24,000 nucleotides of DNA from Thermithiobacillus tepidarius DSM 3134. GTDB taxonomy: Bacteria > Pseudomonadota > Gammaproteobacteria > Acidithiobacillales > Thermithiobacillaceae. Below are positions 15,989 through 23,293 of the stretch, piece after piece (the first letter of the stretch is position 1; the number at the start of each line of letters is the position of its first letter). A program made the position numbers and the translations under genes. The notes beneath the pieces are model-generated. The model was given only the letters and a program-made list of their open reading frames with translations, had not been told where the DNA came from and ran no database searches. Location of the stretch: the NCBI RefSeq assembly GCF_048300925.1, contig NZ_CP133759.1. The stretch is one strand, 5' to 3'.

Positions 15989-16867
15989 ATGGAACTGCAA
16001 ATCGTCTCAAGCACAGAGATCCCCCTGGGGTCTCCCCTGCCTTGGCCGCTGTACGATGGGGAAGGCAGACTGCTGCTCGACGCCGGTTTTGTCGTCGAAT
16101 GCGAATCACAACGGGATATTCTCCTCGGTCACGGCGTGTACCGGAATGCCGCCCAGGCGGCCATGGGATCGGCGGCGATCCCGGATGCGGGGGATGGCAA
16201 TGAGGACGGCCCCGGCGCGGCCTTCGAACGCATGGGCCTGCAGATGGGCACGCCCGTGCAGCTGACGGACGGCCAATCCCGCTATTTCGGCCGTCTGATC
16301 GGCTACATCCGCGACAAAAGCCTGCTGGTCTCCACTCCCATCGTGAACGGCGTGCCCCTGCTCCTGAAGGCGGGGGAGCAGTTCACGTTGCGCGCCTTCA
16401 CCGGCAAGAACGCCTACGCCTTCGACAGTGCCGTGATGCGTACCCAGAGCTTCCCCGTGCACTACCTGCACATGAGCCTGCCGCTGGACGTGCGCGAAGC
16501 CCCGCTGCGCCGGTCCGTGCGGGCGCCGGTCAAGCTCCTCGCCGCGCTCCTGCCCACCGGCGACGGCCGCTCCTGGCCCGCCCAGGTGATGGACATCGCC
16601 ACCTCGGGCGCGATGCTCGCCTCCCCCTACCCGCTGGACGACGCCGCCGGCGGCCTGAAGCTGAATCTGCCCATCCGGCTGGAGGGGACCGACTTCAACC
16701 TGAAGCTGCCCGTGGTCGTCCGCAACCGCCATCCCAAGGACCAGCACGCCTATCGCTACGGCGTGGAATTCCAGCAACTGTCCACCAGCGACCGGCTGGT
16801 GCTGCAGAACCTGGTCTACCAGACCCTCTGCGCGCAACGCGCCTACGGCGCCTTCGCCACGGGTTGA
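15989..16867 (+). CDS. PilZ domain protein with YcgR-like N-terminal domain (putative c-di-GMP receptor)
   Basis: ATG at 15989 is 11 nt after GGAG. The C-terminal domain has RRSVR (RxxxR), then ~27 aa later DIATSG, a variant of D/NxSxxG. Before it comes a beta-rich PilZN-like region (GRLIGYIRDKSLLVSTP...FTLRAF). The GTG at 15977 is an alternative start. Confidence 0.8.
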   Translation: MELQIVSSTEIPLGSPLPWPLYDGEGRLLLDAGFVVECESQRDILLGHGVYRNAAQAAMGSAAIPDAGDGNEDGPGAAFERMGLQMGTPVQLTDGQSRYFGRLIGYIRDKSLLVSTPIVNGVPLLLKAGEQFTLRAFTGKNAYAFDSAVMRTQSFPVHYLHMSLPLDVREAPLRRSVRAPVKLLAALLPTGDGRSWPAQVMDIATSGAMLASPYPLDDAAGGLKLNLPIRLEGTDFNLKLPVVVRNRHPKDQHAYRYGVEFQQLSTSDRLVLQNLVYQTLCAQRAYGAFATG

Positions 16868-16868
16868 C

Positions 16869-16884
16869 CGGCGCACGTGCGCCG
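16869..16884. repeat. 16-nt perfect palindrome CGGCGCACGTGCGCCG
   Basis: Read directly. It starts 2 nt after the PilZ gene stop and lies 60 nt from the 3' end of the convergent tRNA. It could fold as a 6-bp stem with an ACGT loop. Confidence 0.4.
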
Positions 16885-16944
16885 CCGCTCGGGGCCATGC
16901 GCGGCCCTGGGCGCGATTCAGGAACAAACGGGGGAGAAGGAAAA

Positions 16945-17021
16945 TGGCGCGCGGTATAGGATTCGAACCTATGACCTTTGGCGTCGGAGGCCAACGCTCT
17001 ATCCAGCTGAGCTAACCGCGC
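16945..17021 (-). tRNA. tRNA-Arg (anticodon CCG)
   Basis: Hand-folded 77-nt cloverleaf. Acceptor GCGCGGT/ACCGCGC, D arm GCTC-AGCTGGATA-GAGC, anticodon arm TTGGC-CTCCGAC-GCCAA (CCG), T arm ATAGG-TTCGAAT-CCTAT, discriminator G, encoded CCA. Confidence 0.95.
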
Positions 17022-17077
17022 GGGTTGGAACCCATAATGATAATGCGTACGCGGGCCGGTGTCCACGGCCGCGCCGG

Positions 17078-17860
17078 CTATTCGGCGATGCGGACGCGCT
17101 TGATGCCGTGACAGCGGCCGCTGTCCGCATCGAGCTGGATGAACACGGCACTGAGGGTGGCGGGGCCGCTGGCGGTCTCCAGCCGTTCCGGCAGCTTGCT
17201 CAGGAAGCGCTTGACCGTCTTGTCCTTGTGCATGCCGATGACCGAATCGTAGGTGCCGGTCATGCCGACGTCGGTGATGTAGCCCGTGCCCTGGGGCAGG
17301 ATGCGCTCGTCGGCGGTGGGGATGTGGGTGTGGGTGCCGACCACGGCGGAGACGCGGCCGTCCAGGTGCCAGCCCATGGCGGTCTTTTCGCTGGTGGTCT
17401 CGCAGTGCATGTCCACCAGGATCATCTTCAGGTCGGCGGGCCGTTCGGCCAGCACCGCGTCGGCGGCCGCGAAGGGGCATTCCAGGCTGGGGTGCATGAA
17501 AGCCTGGCCCATGAGATTCAGCACGCCCACCTTGTCGCCGGCGGCGGTCTCGCCCACGTACCAGCCGCTGCCGGGCGTACCGACGGGGTAATTGTGCGGG
17601 CGCAGCAGGCGCGGCTCGCCGACGATGTAGGTGAGAGCCTCGCGCTTGTCCCAGATGTGGTTGCCCGAGGTGATCACGTCCACCTCCTGCTCGAACAGCT
17701 CCAGGCAGATCTTCTCGGTGACGCCGAAGCCGCCGGCGGCGTTCTCGGCGTTGACCACGATGAAGTCGAGGGCCAGCTTGTCCTTCAACTGCCGCAGGTT
17801 GTTGAGCAGCACCCGCCGCCCGGGCTCGCCCACCACGTCGCCCACAAAGAGCAGATTCAT
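17078..17860 (-). CDS. YmdB-like metallophosphoesterase (TIGR00282-type)
   Basis: MNLLFVGDVVGEPGR...DFIVVNAENAAGGFG.T......L....VDVITSGNHIWDK is the characteristic YmdB family N-terminus. GTHTHIPTADERILP is also present. Confidence 0.85.
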   Translation of the reverse strand: MNLLFVGDVVGEPGRRVLLNNLRQLKDKLALDFIVVNAENAAGGFGVTEKICLELFEQEVDVITSGNHIWDKREALTYIVGEPRLLRPHNYPVGTPGSGWYVGETAAGDKVGVLNLMGQAFMHPSLECPFAAADAVLAERPADLKMILVDMHCETTSEKTAMGWHLDGRVSAVVGTHTHIPTADERILPQGTGYITDVGMTGTYDSVIGMHKDKTVKRFLSKLPERLETASGPATLSAVFIQLDADSGRCHGIKRVRIAE

Positions 17861-17952
17861 AGATCACCATGGCTGAATGACACGCGCCCCATGATACCCG
17901 AAGCGGGAAACGGGAACCACGCCGGCCGCCCCGGCGAAAGGCCCATGGGGCG

Positions 17953-18549
17953 TCAGCGCTGGCGCGCCGGGTAGAAGCGCCGCTCCGTCTGCACGCCGTC
18001 CAGGGGCACATCCCAGGATTCCCGCGGCAGGGCCGGCACCCGCTGCAGCTCGTAGGCCAAGCCGACGGCGCGGGGGCGGCGCCAGCGCCGCTGGCGGGCC
18101 AGATGCTGCAGGGCGCGGTCGTAGAAGCCGCCGCCCATGCCCATGCGCCCGCCCTGCGCGTCGAAGGCCACCAGCGGCGTGAGCACCAGATCCAACTGGC
18201 GCGCGTGACGCCAGTGGCGCCGGTGGACCTCCGGTTCGGGGATGCCCAGCCGGTTGGCGCGCAGAGGCGTGCCGATGCGCACCGGCGCGAAGCGCAGCGA
18301 CTCGCCGTAGAGGGGATCCAGCACCGGCAGGTAGGCGTGCTTGTTCAGGCGCAGGGCGCGCAGGAGCAGGGGCGCGGGATCGATTTCGCCGTCGCCGGCC
18401 CAGTAGAAGGCGATGTGGCGGGCGCGGCGAAACACGGGCTGCTTGCTCAGCTCGCGGGCGAGAGTGCGGGCGGCGCGGCGCGCCTCGTCGGGCGGCACGG
18501 CACGGCGCAGGCGGCGCATTTCCCGGCGCAGCGCCTTTTTAGTCAACAT
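17953..18549 (-). CDS. ygfA: 5-formyltetrahydrofolate cyclo-ligase
   Basis: Starts at ATG 18549 (MLTKKALRREMR.LR). Contains FYWAGDGEIDP and the C-terminal GGRMGMGGGFYDR motif. It sits directly downstream of the 6S RNA, as in E. coli ssrS-ygfA. Confidence 0.85.
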   Translation of the reverse strand: MLTKKALRREMRRLRRAVPPDEARRAARTLARELSKQPVFRRARHIAFYWAGDGEIDPAPLLLRALRLNKHAYLPVLDPLYGESLRFAPVRIGTPLRANRLGIPEPEVHRRHWRHARQLDLVLTPLVAFDAQGGRMGMGGGFYDRALQHLARQRRWRRPRAVGLAYELQRVPALPRESWDVPLDGVQTERRFYPARQR

Positions 18550-18587
18550 GCAGGAAAAAGAGGAAAAAAGCGGGAAGGGCAAAACAA

Positions 18588-18762
18588 AGCCCCCCGCCTG
18601 TGCCGTAAGCCGTATCCCTTGAACCTGGAGATCAGGTGGGCGCCTCCACGTCGCTTCAGGCTACTCGGTTGAGCGGCACACCACGACGGTATTAGAAGCT
18701 CCCCGGGCATAGACATGTTGGTTCAAGAATCTACCTGAGCTATACGAACACCGCAGGGGGTA
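18588..18762 (-). ncRNA. ssrS: 6S RNA (boundaries approximate)
   Basis: Lies between zapA and ygfA, the conserved ssrS locus. The minus-strand sequence CCCCCUGCGGUGUUCG...GGUUCAAGGGAUACGGCUUACGGCACAGGCGGGGGG resembles E. coli 6S (GAUGUUCG... and GGUUCAAGGGUUACAGCCUGCGGCGG) from memory. The 5' and 3' ends can pair as a long closing stem. Confidence 0.7.
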
Positions 18763-18772
18763 TGGCTCAACC

Positions 18773-19093
18773 TTATCCCCAATGGAGAACACTGTCAACC
18801 ATGCCCTGCAGGCGCTCGACGAGCTCGTCCAAGTCGGCCTGCTGAGCGGCCGCCTGGGCGCGCAGCTGCACCACTTCGGCGGCCAGGTTGAGGGCCACCA
18901 TCAGGGTCAGACGGTCGGTGCCGGCCACCTTGCCGGCGCTCCGCGCTTCGTGCAGTTGCTGGTCCAAGTAGGCGGCGGCCTCCACGAGCACGGCCGCCTC
19001 CGACGGCGGGCAGGCAATCCGGTAGGCCTTGCCGAGCAGCTGGATGTCGATGATCTCGGTACCCGGCGCCCGGCTGGGGCGATCATCCACCAT
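18773..19093 (-). CDS. zapA: Cell division protein ZapA
   Basis: IDIQLLGKAYRIACPPSEAAVLVEAAAYLDQQL.EAR...KV.GTDRL.LMVALNLAAE is canonical ZapA. I prefer the start at ATG 19093 (GAGGAG 7 nt upstream). ATG 19123 is an alternative. Confidence 0.85.
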   Translation of the reverse strand: MVDDRPSRAPGTEIIDIQLLGKAYRIACPPSEAAVLVEAAAYLDQQLHEARSAGKVAGTDRLTLMVALNLAAEVVQLRAQAAAQQADLDELVERLQGMVDSVLHWG

Positions 19094-19325
19094 GGCTGTG
19101 CTCCTCGACCGGCTCCAGTTCATTCAGCAACCGCTCCAAGCGGCCGCAGACCTCTTCCTGGCGCTCGCGCAGGCGGCGGTTCTCCGCCTGCAACTGTTCG
19201 ATCTGGCTGGACAGGGCCTGCAGGCGGAACTGGCCGCCATCCACCTGTTCACGCCGCTGCGATTGATAGTCCGCCAGGACGGATTCCAACTGCTTGAGAA
19301 GGTTGTCGAAACGGGGATCCTGCAA
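19083..19325 (-). CDS. Coiled-coil protein upstream of zapA (ZapB-like)
   Basis: 80 aa with heptad-rich sequence (LKQLESVLADYQSQ...IEQLQAENRRLRERQEEV). TTG is the only available start, with AGAGG 9 nt upstream. It overlaps the zapA start by 11 nt. Confidence 0.6.
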   Translation of the reverse strand: MQDPRFDNLLKQLESVLADYQSQRREQVDGGQFRLQALSSQIEQLQAENRRLRERQEEVCGRLERLLNELEPVEEHSHGG

Positions 19326-19367
19326 TGGGAAGGCCTCTGAAGGAAGGTAATGCCTTGTTTAGGATGA

Positions 19368-19395
19368 ATACTAGTTTAGTTTAACGCGTTGGCAA
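19368..19395 (-). promoter_or_regulatory. Putative sigma70 promoter for the zapB-like/zapA/ssrS block (TTGCCA-N16-TAGTAT on minus strand)
   Basis: Read on the minus strand in the AT-rich gap between the rep stop (19413) and the TTG start at 19325. Confidence 0.4.
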
Positions 19396-19412
19396 GCGCC
19401 CGTCACGGCGGG

Positions 19413-21428
19413 CTAGCCCTTGCCGGCCAGCATCTGCCGCAGCTGGGCGATGGTGCCCTGCGCCACCGCCTGGTGCTGATCGGGGCTGGACTCATCGCCC
19501 TCCCAGCGCAGGTCTTCGGGCGGCAACTCCTCCAGAAAACGCGACGGCTCGCACTCCACCATCTCACCATAGCGCTTGCGCCGGGCGGCCAGGCTGAGGG
19601 TCAAGGTGTACTGGGCACGGGTCAGGCCGACGTAGGCCAGCCTGCGCTCCTCCTCGATGTTGTCGGTGTCGATGCTGTTGCGGTGCGGCAGGATGCCTTC
19701 TTCCATGCCGACCAGGAAGACGTGCGGAAACTCCAGGCCCTTGGCGGCGTGCAGGGTCATCAGGCGGACCTCGTCGCTGTCGCCGGCCTCGCCCTGGCGC
19801 TCCAGCACGGAAAAGAGGCTCAGGCGGTTGAGCAGCTCCGGCAGAGTTTGCGGACCGTCGTCCTGCTCGGTCATGCGCTGCATCCAGTCGAAGAGGCTGT
19901 TGACGTTTTCCATGCGGCGCAGCGCGCCGCGCTCGTCGCACTGGTCCTTGAGGTAGCCCAGATAGTCGATTTCCTCGGGCAGGCTGCGCAAGGTGGCGCA
20001 GACCTCCTGATCGGTGGCGGCGCTCTTTTCCACGCGCTCGGCCATGCGATTCACCCACTGGCCGAACTGGCGCAGGGCCTCCAGCCCGCGGGCGGGCAGG
20101 TGCTCGGCCAGGCCCTCCTCCCACACGGCGGCGAAGAGCGAGAGATCGTGCTGCTGGGCGAAGTTGCCCAGGGCTTCCAGGGTGGCGCCGCCGATGCCGC
20201 GGCGCGGCGTGTTCACGGCACGCAGAAAGGCCAGATCGTCATCGGGGTTGGCCAGCAGGCGCAGATAGGCCATCACGTCCTTGATCTCGCTGCGCTCGAA
20301 AAAGGAGGTACCGCCGGAGATCTGGTAAGGCACATGGGCGGCGCGCAGGGCGGTCTCGAAGGCGCGCGCCTGGTGGTTGCCGCGGTAGAGGATGGCGAAG
20401 TCGCCGAAGCGGGCCTTGCGCTGGAACTTCTCCGCCAGCAGCAGACTGACCACCCGCTCCGCCTCGTGCACCTCGTCCTGGCAGCGCACCACGCGGATCG
20501 GCTCGCCATGGCCCAGGGTGCTCCACAGCTGCTTTTCGTAGAGATGGGGATTGTTGGCGATCAGCCGGTTGGCGGCATTGAGAATGCGCCCCATGGAGCG
20601 GTAGTTCTGCTCCAGCTTGATCACCTGGAGTTCGGGGAAGTCCTGGCTCAGGCGGTGCAGGTTCTCGGCTTCGGCGCCGCGCCAAGCGTAGATGGACTGG
20701 TCGTCGTCGCCCACGGCGGTGAGATTGCGGCGGTTGCCGAGCAGCCACTTGATGAGCTGGTACTGGGCGCTGTTGGTGTCCTGGTACTCGTCCACCAGCA
20801 GGTAGCGGATGCGCTCCTGCCAGGTGGCGCGCGCCTCGGGATCAGTGGCGAAGAGGTGATTGGGCAGATTGATCAGATCGTCGAAGTCCACGGCGCTGTA
20901 TGCCTTCAGCGCCCGCTGGTAGAGCGGGTAGAGGCGGGCTGCGCGCTGATGCAGCGGATCGCCGTCCAGGGGCACGTCCTCCGGCATGAGACCGGCGTTC
21001 TTGAAGCGCGAGATGCGCCCTTGGATGGCCTCGGCCAGATCGCCGTCGCCGTCATGCTCCTTCAGCAGATCGCGCACCACACCGACGCTGTCGCCGGCGT
21101 CGAGAATGGAGAACACGGGCTTGTAGCCCAGGCGGTGGATCTCCTGGCGCAGGATGTTGAGGCCCAGGCTGTGGAAGGTGGAGACGATGAGGCCGCGGGT
21201 CGGCTTGCCCTGACAGAGCTGGGCCACCCGCTGCTGCATCTCGCTGGCCGCCTTGTTGGTGAAGGTCACGGCGCAGATGTGCTTGGCGGCCACTTCGTGG
21301 CGCTCGATGAGGTGGGCAATCTTGTGGGTGATGACGCGGGTTTTGCCAGACCCCGCCCCGGCCAGCACCAGCATGGGACCGTGGACGTGCGTGATGGCGG
21401 CGTGCTGCTGCGGATTCAACTCGGACAT
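19413..21428 (-). CDS. rep: ATP-dependent DNA helicase Rep (UvrD/Rep superfamily 1)
   Basis: Starts at ATG 21428. LNPQQHAAITHVHGPMLVLAGAGSGKTRVITHKIAHLI...CAVTFTNKAASEM closely follows the E. coli Rep N-terminus from memory. The product is 671 aa (E. coli Rep is ~673). The ORF-track start at 21560 extends into the upstream SDR gene. Confidence 0.88.
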   Translation of the reverse strand: MSELNPQQHAAITHVHGPMLVLAGAGSGKTRVITHKIAHLIERHEVAAKHICAVTFTNKAASEMQQRVAQLCQGKPTRGLIVSTFHSLGLNILRQEIHRLGYKPVFSILDAGDSVGVVRDLLKEHDGDGDLAEAIQGRISRFKNAGLMPEDVPLDGDPLHQRAARLYPLYQRALKAYSAVDFDDLINLPNHLFATDPEARATWQERIRYLLVDEYQDTNSAQYQLIKWLLGNRRNLTAVGDDDQSIYAWRGAEAENLHRLSQDFPELQVIKLEQNYRSMGRILNAANRLIANNPHLYEKQLWSTLGHGEPIRVVRCQDEVHEAERVVSLLLAEKFQRKARFGDFAILYRGNHQARAFETALRAAHVPYQISGGTSFFERSEIKDVMAYLRLLANPDDDLAFLRAVNTPRRGIGGATLEALGNFAQQHDLSLFAAVWEEGLAEHLPARGLEALRQFGQWVNRMAERVEKSAATDQEVCATLRSLPEEIDYLGYLKDQCDERGALRRMENVNSLFDWMQRMTEQDDGPQTLPELLNRLSLFSVLERQGEAGDSDEVRLMTLHAAKGLEFPHVFLVGMEEGILPHRNSIDTDNIEEERRLAYVGLTRAQYTLTLSLAARRKRYGEMVECEPSRFLEELPPEDLRWEGDESSPDQHQAVAQGTIAQLRQMLAGKG

Positions 21429-21444
21429 GTGCGGGTTCTTTACT

Positions 21445-22176
21445 TTAAAGGCGATGAATCTTGTCCACCCGCGCCTGGGCGGTGGGCTTGAGGACGATCT
21501 GGTCGATGTTGACGTGGGCGGGGCGGGTAGCGGCCCAAACGATGGCATCGGCCACGTCATCGGCGGTCAGCGGCTGCAGGCCCGCGTAGACCGCGGCGGC
21601 GCGCCCGGCGTCGCCGGCGAAGCGCACCAAGCTGAATTCGGTCTCCACCAGGCCGGGATCGACCTCGGTGACGCGGATGGGCTCGCCCAGCCACTCCAGC
21701 CGCATCGTCTCGCTGATGGCGCGCACGGCATGCTTGCAGGCCGTGTAGCCGGCGCCGCCGACGTAGGTCTCCAAGCCGGCGACGGAGCCGATGTTGACCA
21801 CGTGGCCGGCGCCGGAGGCACGCAGTTGCGGCAGCAGGGCCTTGCTCATACGGGCCAAGCCCAGGACGTTGCTTTGATACATGGCCAGCCACTTGGCCTC
21901 ATCCAGCTCGGCAAGGGGCTCCAGGCCCAGGGCGCCGCCGGCGTTGTTCACCAGCACGTTGAGCGCCGGCACCCGGGCGGCAAAGGCGGCCACGCTGGCC
22001 GCATCAGAGACGTCCAGCGGCAGGGCGACCGCGCCGATCTCATCGGCCAGCGCCCGCAGGCGCTCCCGGCGCCGGGCGCCGATGAACACCTGGAAGCCCG
22101 CGTCCGCCAGCTGGCGGGCGACGGCGGCGCCGATGCCGCTGGAGGCGCCGGTGACGACGGCAGTTTTCCGGGTCAT
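21445..22176 (-). CDS. Short-chain dehydrogenase/reductase (SDR) family oxidoreductase
   Basis: Contains TGASSGIG cofactor motif, NNAG, and catalytic YTACKHAV (YxxxK). Confidence 0.9.
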   Translation of the reverse strand: MTRKTAVVTGASSGIGAAVARQLADAGFQVFIGARRRERLRALADEIGAVALPLDVSDAASVAAFAARVPALNVLVNNAGGALGLEPLAELDEAKWLAMYQSNVLGLARMSKALLPQLRASGAGHVVNIGSVAGLETYVGGAGYTACKHAVRAISETMRLEWLGEPIRVTEVDPGLVETEFSLVRFAGDAGRAAAVYAGLQPLTADDVADAIVWAATRPAHVNIDQIVLKPTAQARVDKIHRL

Positions 22177-22182
22177 GGGATT

Positions 22183-22455
22183 TCAGCCAAAGCGATAGCG
22201 CTTGCGGATCGGCGCCAGCACTTCCCAGGTGCAGGACAGGCCGGCGGGAAAGGTGACCAGGTCGCCCGCCCCTACGCGCACCGGCACACCGCCATCCGGC
22301 GTGACGAGGACCTGCCCTTCCAGAATATAACAGGTCTCCTGCTCGTCATAGGTCCAGGGAAAGCGGGAGGTCTCCTTCTGCCAGACAGGCCAGCGGCCGA
22401 CACCCAGCGCTTCGAGGATTTTCTGGTCCGGATTGCTTTGCACTTGGATGGTCAT
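22183..22455 (-). CDS. Small cupin domain protein (Cupin_3/DUF861-like)
   Basis: ATG at 22455 is 5 nt after AAGGAAG. ETCYILEGQVLVTPDGG..V.VGAGDLVTFPAGLSCTWEV is the typical pattern. The ORF-track start at 22530 has no SD. Confidence 0.75.
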   Translation of the reverse strand: MTIQVQSNPDQKILEALGVGRWPVWQKETSRFPWTYDEQETCYILEGQVLVTPDGGVPVRVGAGDLVTFPAGLSCTWEVLAPIRKRYRFG

Positions 22456-22529
22456 GATCGCTTCCTTCGGACAAAGAGACGGGAATCGTGCTGGGCGTGC
22501 GGCACGGCAGGCAACGCGGATGCGGGCCA

Positions 22530-22558
22530 TTGCCCCCGTTGCGGGCGCGCTTTATGTT
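22530..22558 (+). promoter_or_regulatory. Possible sigma70 promoter of the globin gene (TTGCCC-N17-TATGTT)
   Basis: Hexamers at 22530-22535 and 22553-22558, ~30 nt upstream of ATG 22589. The match is weak. Confidence 0.3.
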
Positions 22559-22588
22559 ATGGCATTCATCGGCATCTGTGGAGGCCCC

Positions 22589-22993
22589 ATGTCCGAATCC
22601 GAACCCAAACCCGCGCTACGCAAGCTGCAGCCGCTTTGCGCCCAGATACCGCTGCCTACCATCCGGGCGGTGGTGGATGACTTCTACAACCGCATCCAGC
22701 AACACCCCACCCTGGCGGAGCCCTTCGCCGCCGTGAGCGACTGGGAGCTGCACAAGGATCGCCTGACCCACTACTGGTGGACGGTCATGGGCGGCCAGCC
22801 CTACCGCAACTACGGCTACGCTCTGGGCGACAAGCACGCGCCCGTGGGCATCACCCATGCGCTGGTGGACGACTGGCTGGCGCTCTTCTACGAGACCCTG
22901 CTCGATCACCTGGAACCGGAGCTGGCACAGCGCTGGCTGCGCCTGGCCCAGGGCATCGGCGAATCGCTGCGACTCATGTTCGCCCGAGACTAG
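22589..22993 (+). CDS. Truncated haemoglobin (bacterial-like globin family)
   Basis: ATG follows GTGGAGG. VDDFYNRIQQHP carries the TyrB10 context. HYWWTVMGGQPY and KHAPVGI (proximal His context) are also present, followed by WLALF. Confidence 0.7.
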   Translation: MSESEPKPALRKLQPLCAQIPLPTIRAVVDDFYNRIQQHPTLAEPFAAVSDWELHKDRLTHYWWTVMGGQPYRNYGYALGDKHAPVGITHALVDDWLALFYETLLDHLEPELAQRWLRLAQGIGESLRLMFARD

Positions 22994-23092
22994 CGGCGCC
23001 CGCGACCCCACCTCCATCTTCCGGGGAGGATCGTGCCCCCTCGTCGCACTGACACGATAGGTCGTCCGTGTGCGTCACCCGCCCGGGCCGAT

Positions 23093-23107
23093 TGACAAAT
23101 TTTGTCA
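23093..23107. promoter_or_regulatory. 15-bp perfect palindrome TGACAAATTTTGTCA, nested in a longer imperfect inverted repeat; candidate activator site
   Basis: Read directly. It is flanked by CGGGCCG (23084-23090) and CGGCCCG (23110-23116), giving a 33-nt imperfect inverted repeat (23084-23116). GTCACCC repeats at 23074 and 23104, 30 bp apart. The palindrome centre is ~65 bp upstream of the sigma54 -24 box. Confidence 0.45.
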
Positions 23108-23162
23108 CCCGGCCCGCAGTCCATCCAGCAGAAAACCAGGTTTTTCCTCACTTCCCGCCTGT

Positions 23163-23178
23163 TGGCACCCGATTTGCT
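23163..23178 (+). promoter_or_regulatory. Sigma54 (RpoN) promoter TGGCAC-CCGAT-TTGCT
   Basis: tTGGCACccgatTTGCTa matches the -24/-12 consensus YTGGCACG-N4-TTGCW, with exact GG/GC spacing. It lies in a 300-nt intergenic region, ~115 nt upstream of the next CDS. Confidence 0.6.
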
Positions 23179-23293
23179 ATCCCCGCTAGGCAGTCAATTT
23201 TTTGACGCCCAAGAAACCAACCTAGGTTACTGATTTTACATGTCTTTTCGCCAAAGGCCTCTTCAGAAGCAGTCGTAACAGAGGAAGCAAATC

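Noticed and set aside
16868-17077. tRNA-Arg flanks as a possible integration site or genomic-island border
   Set aside because: There is no integrase or transposase, and I could find no direct repeat of the tRNA 3' end anywhere in the window. Gene content on both sides is compatible with core genome.
19389-21491. 700-aa plus-strand ORF
   Set aside because: It is antisense to rep, which has unmistakable helicase motifs. This is a GC-rich antisense artefact. The same reasoning applies to 21253-22680 (+), 10277-11734 (+), 9471-10562 (-), 16695-18011 (-), 16877-17974 (+), 841-1965 (-), 5875-6771 (-), 13848-14891 (-) and 12714-13472 (-).
22922-22937. Second sigma54-like string, TGGCACagcgcTGGCT
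   Set aside because: It lies inside the globin coding region. The -12 element is TGGC rather than TTGC, and no gene lies appropriately downstream before the stronger site at 23163. It is probably chance.
23240-23278. 12-codon upstream ORF (MSFRQRPLQKQS) in the leader of the secreted-protein gene
   Set aside because: There is no SD in front of the ATG, and nothing suggests a leader-peptide mechanism. It mainly shows that the main gene cannot start at this ATG, because the TAA at 23276 is in frame.
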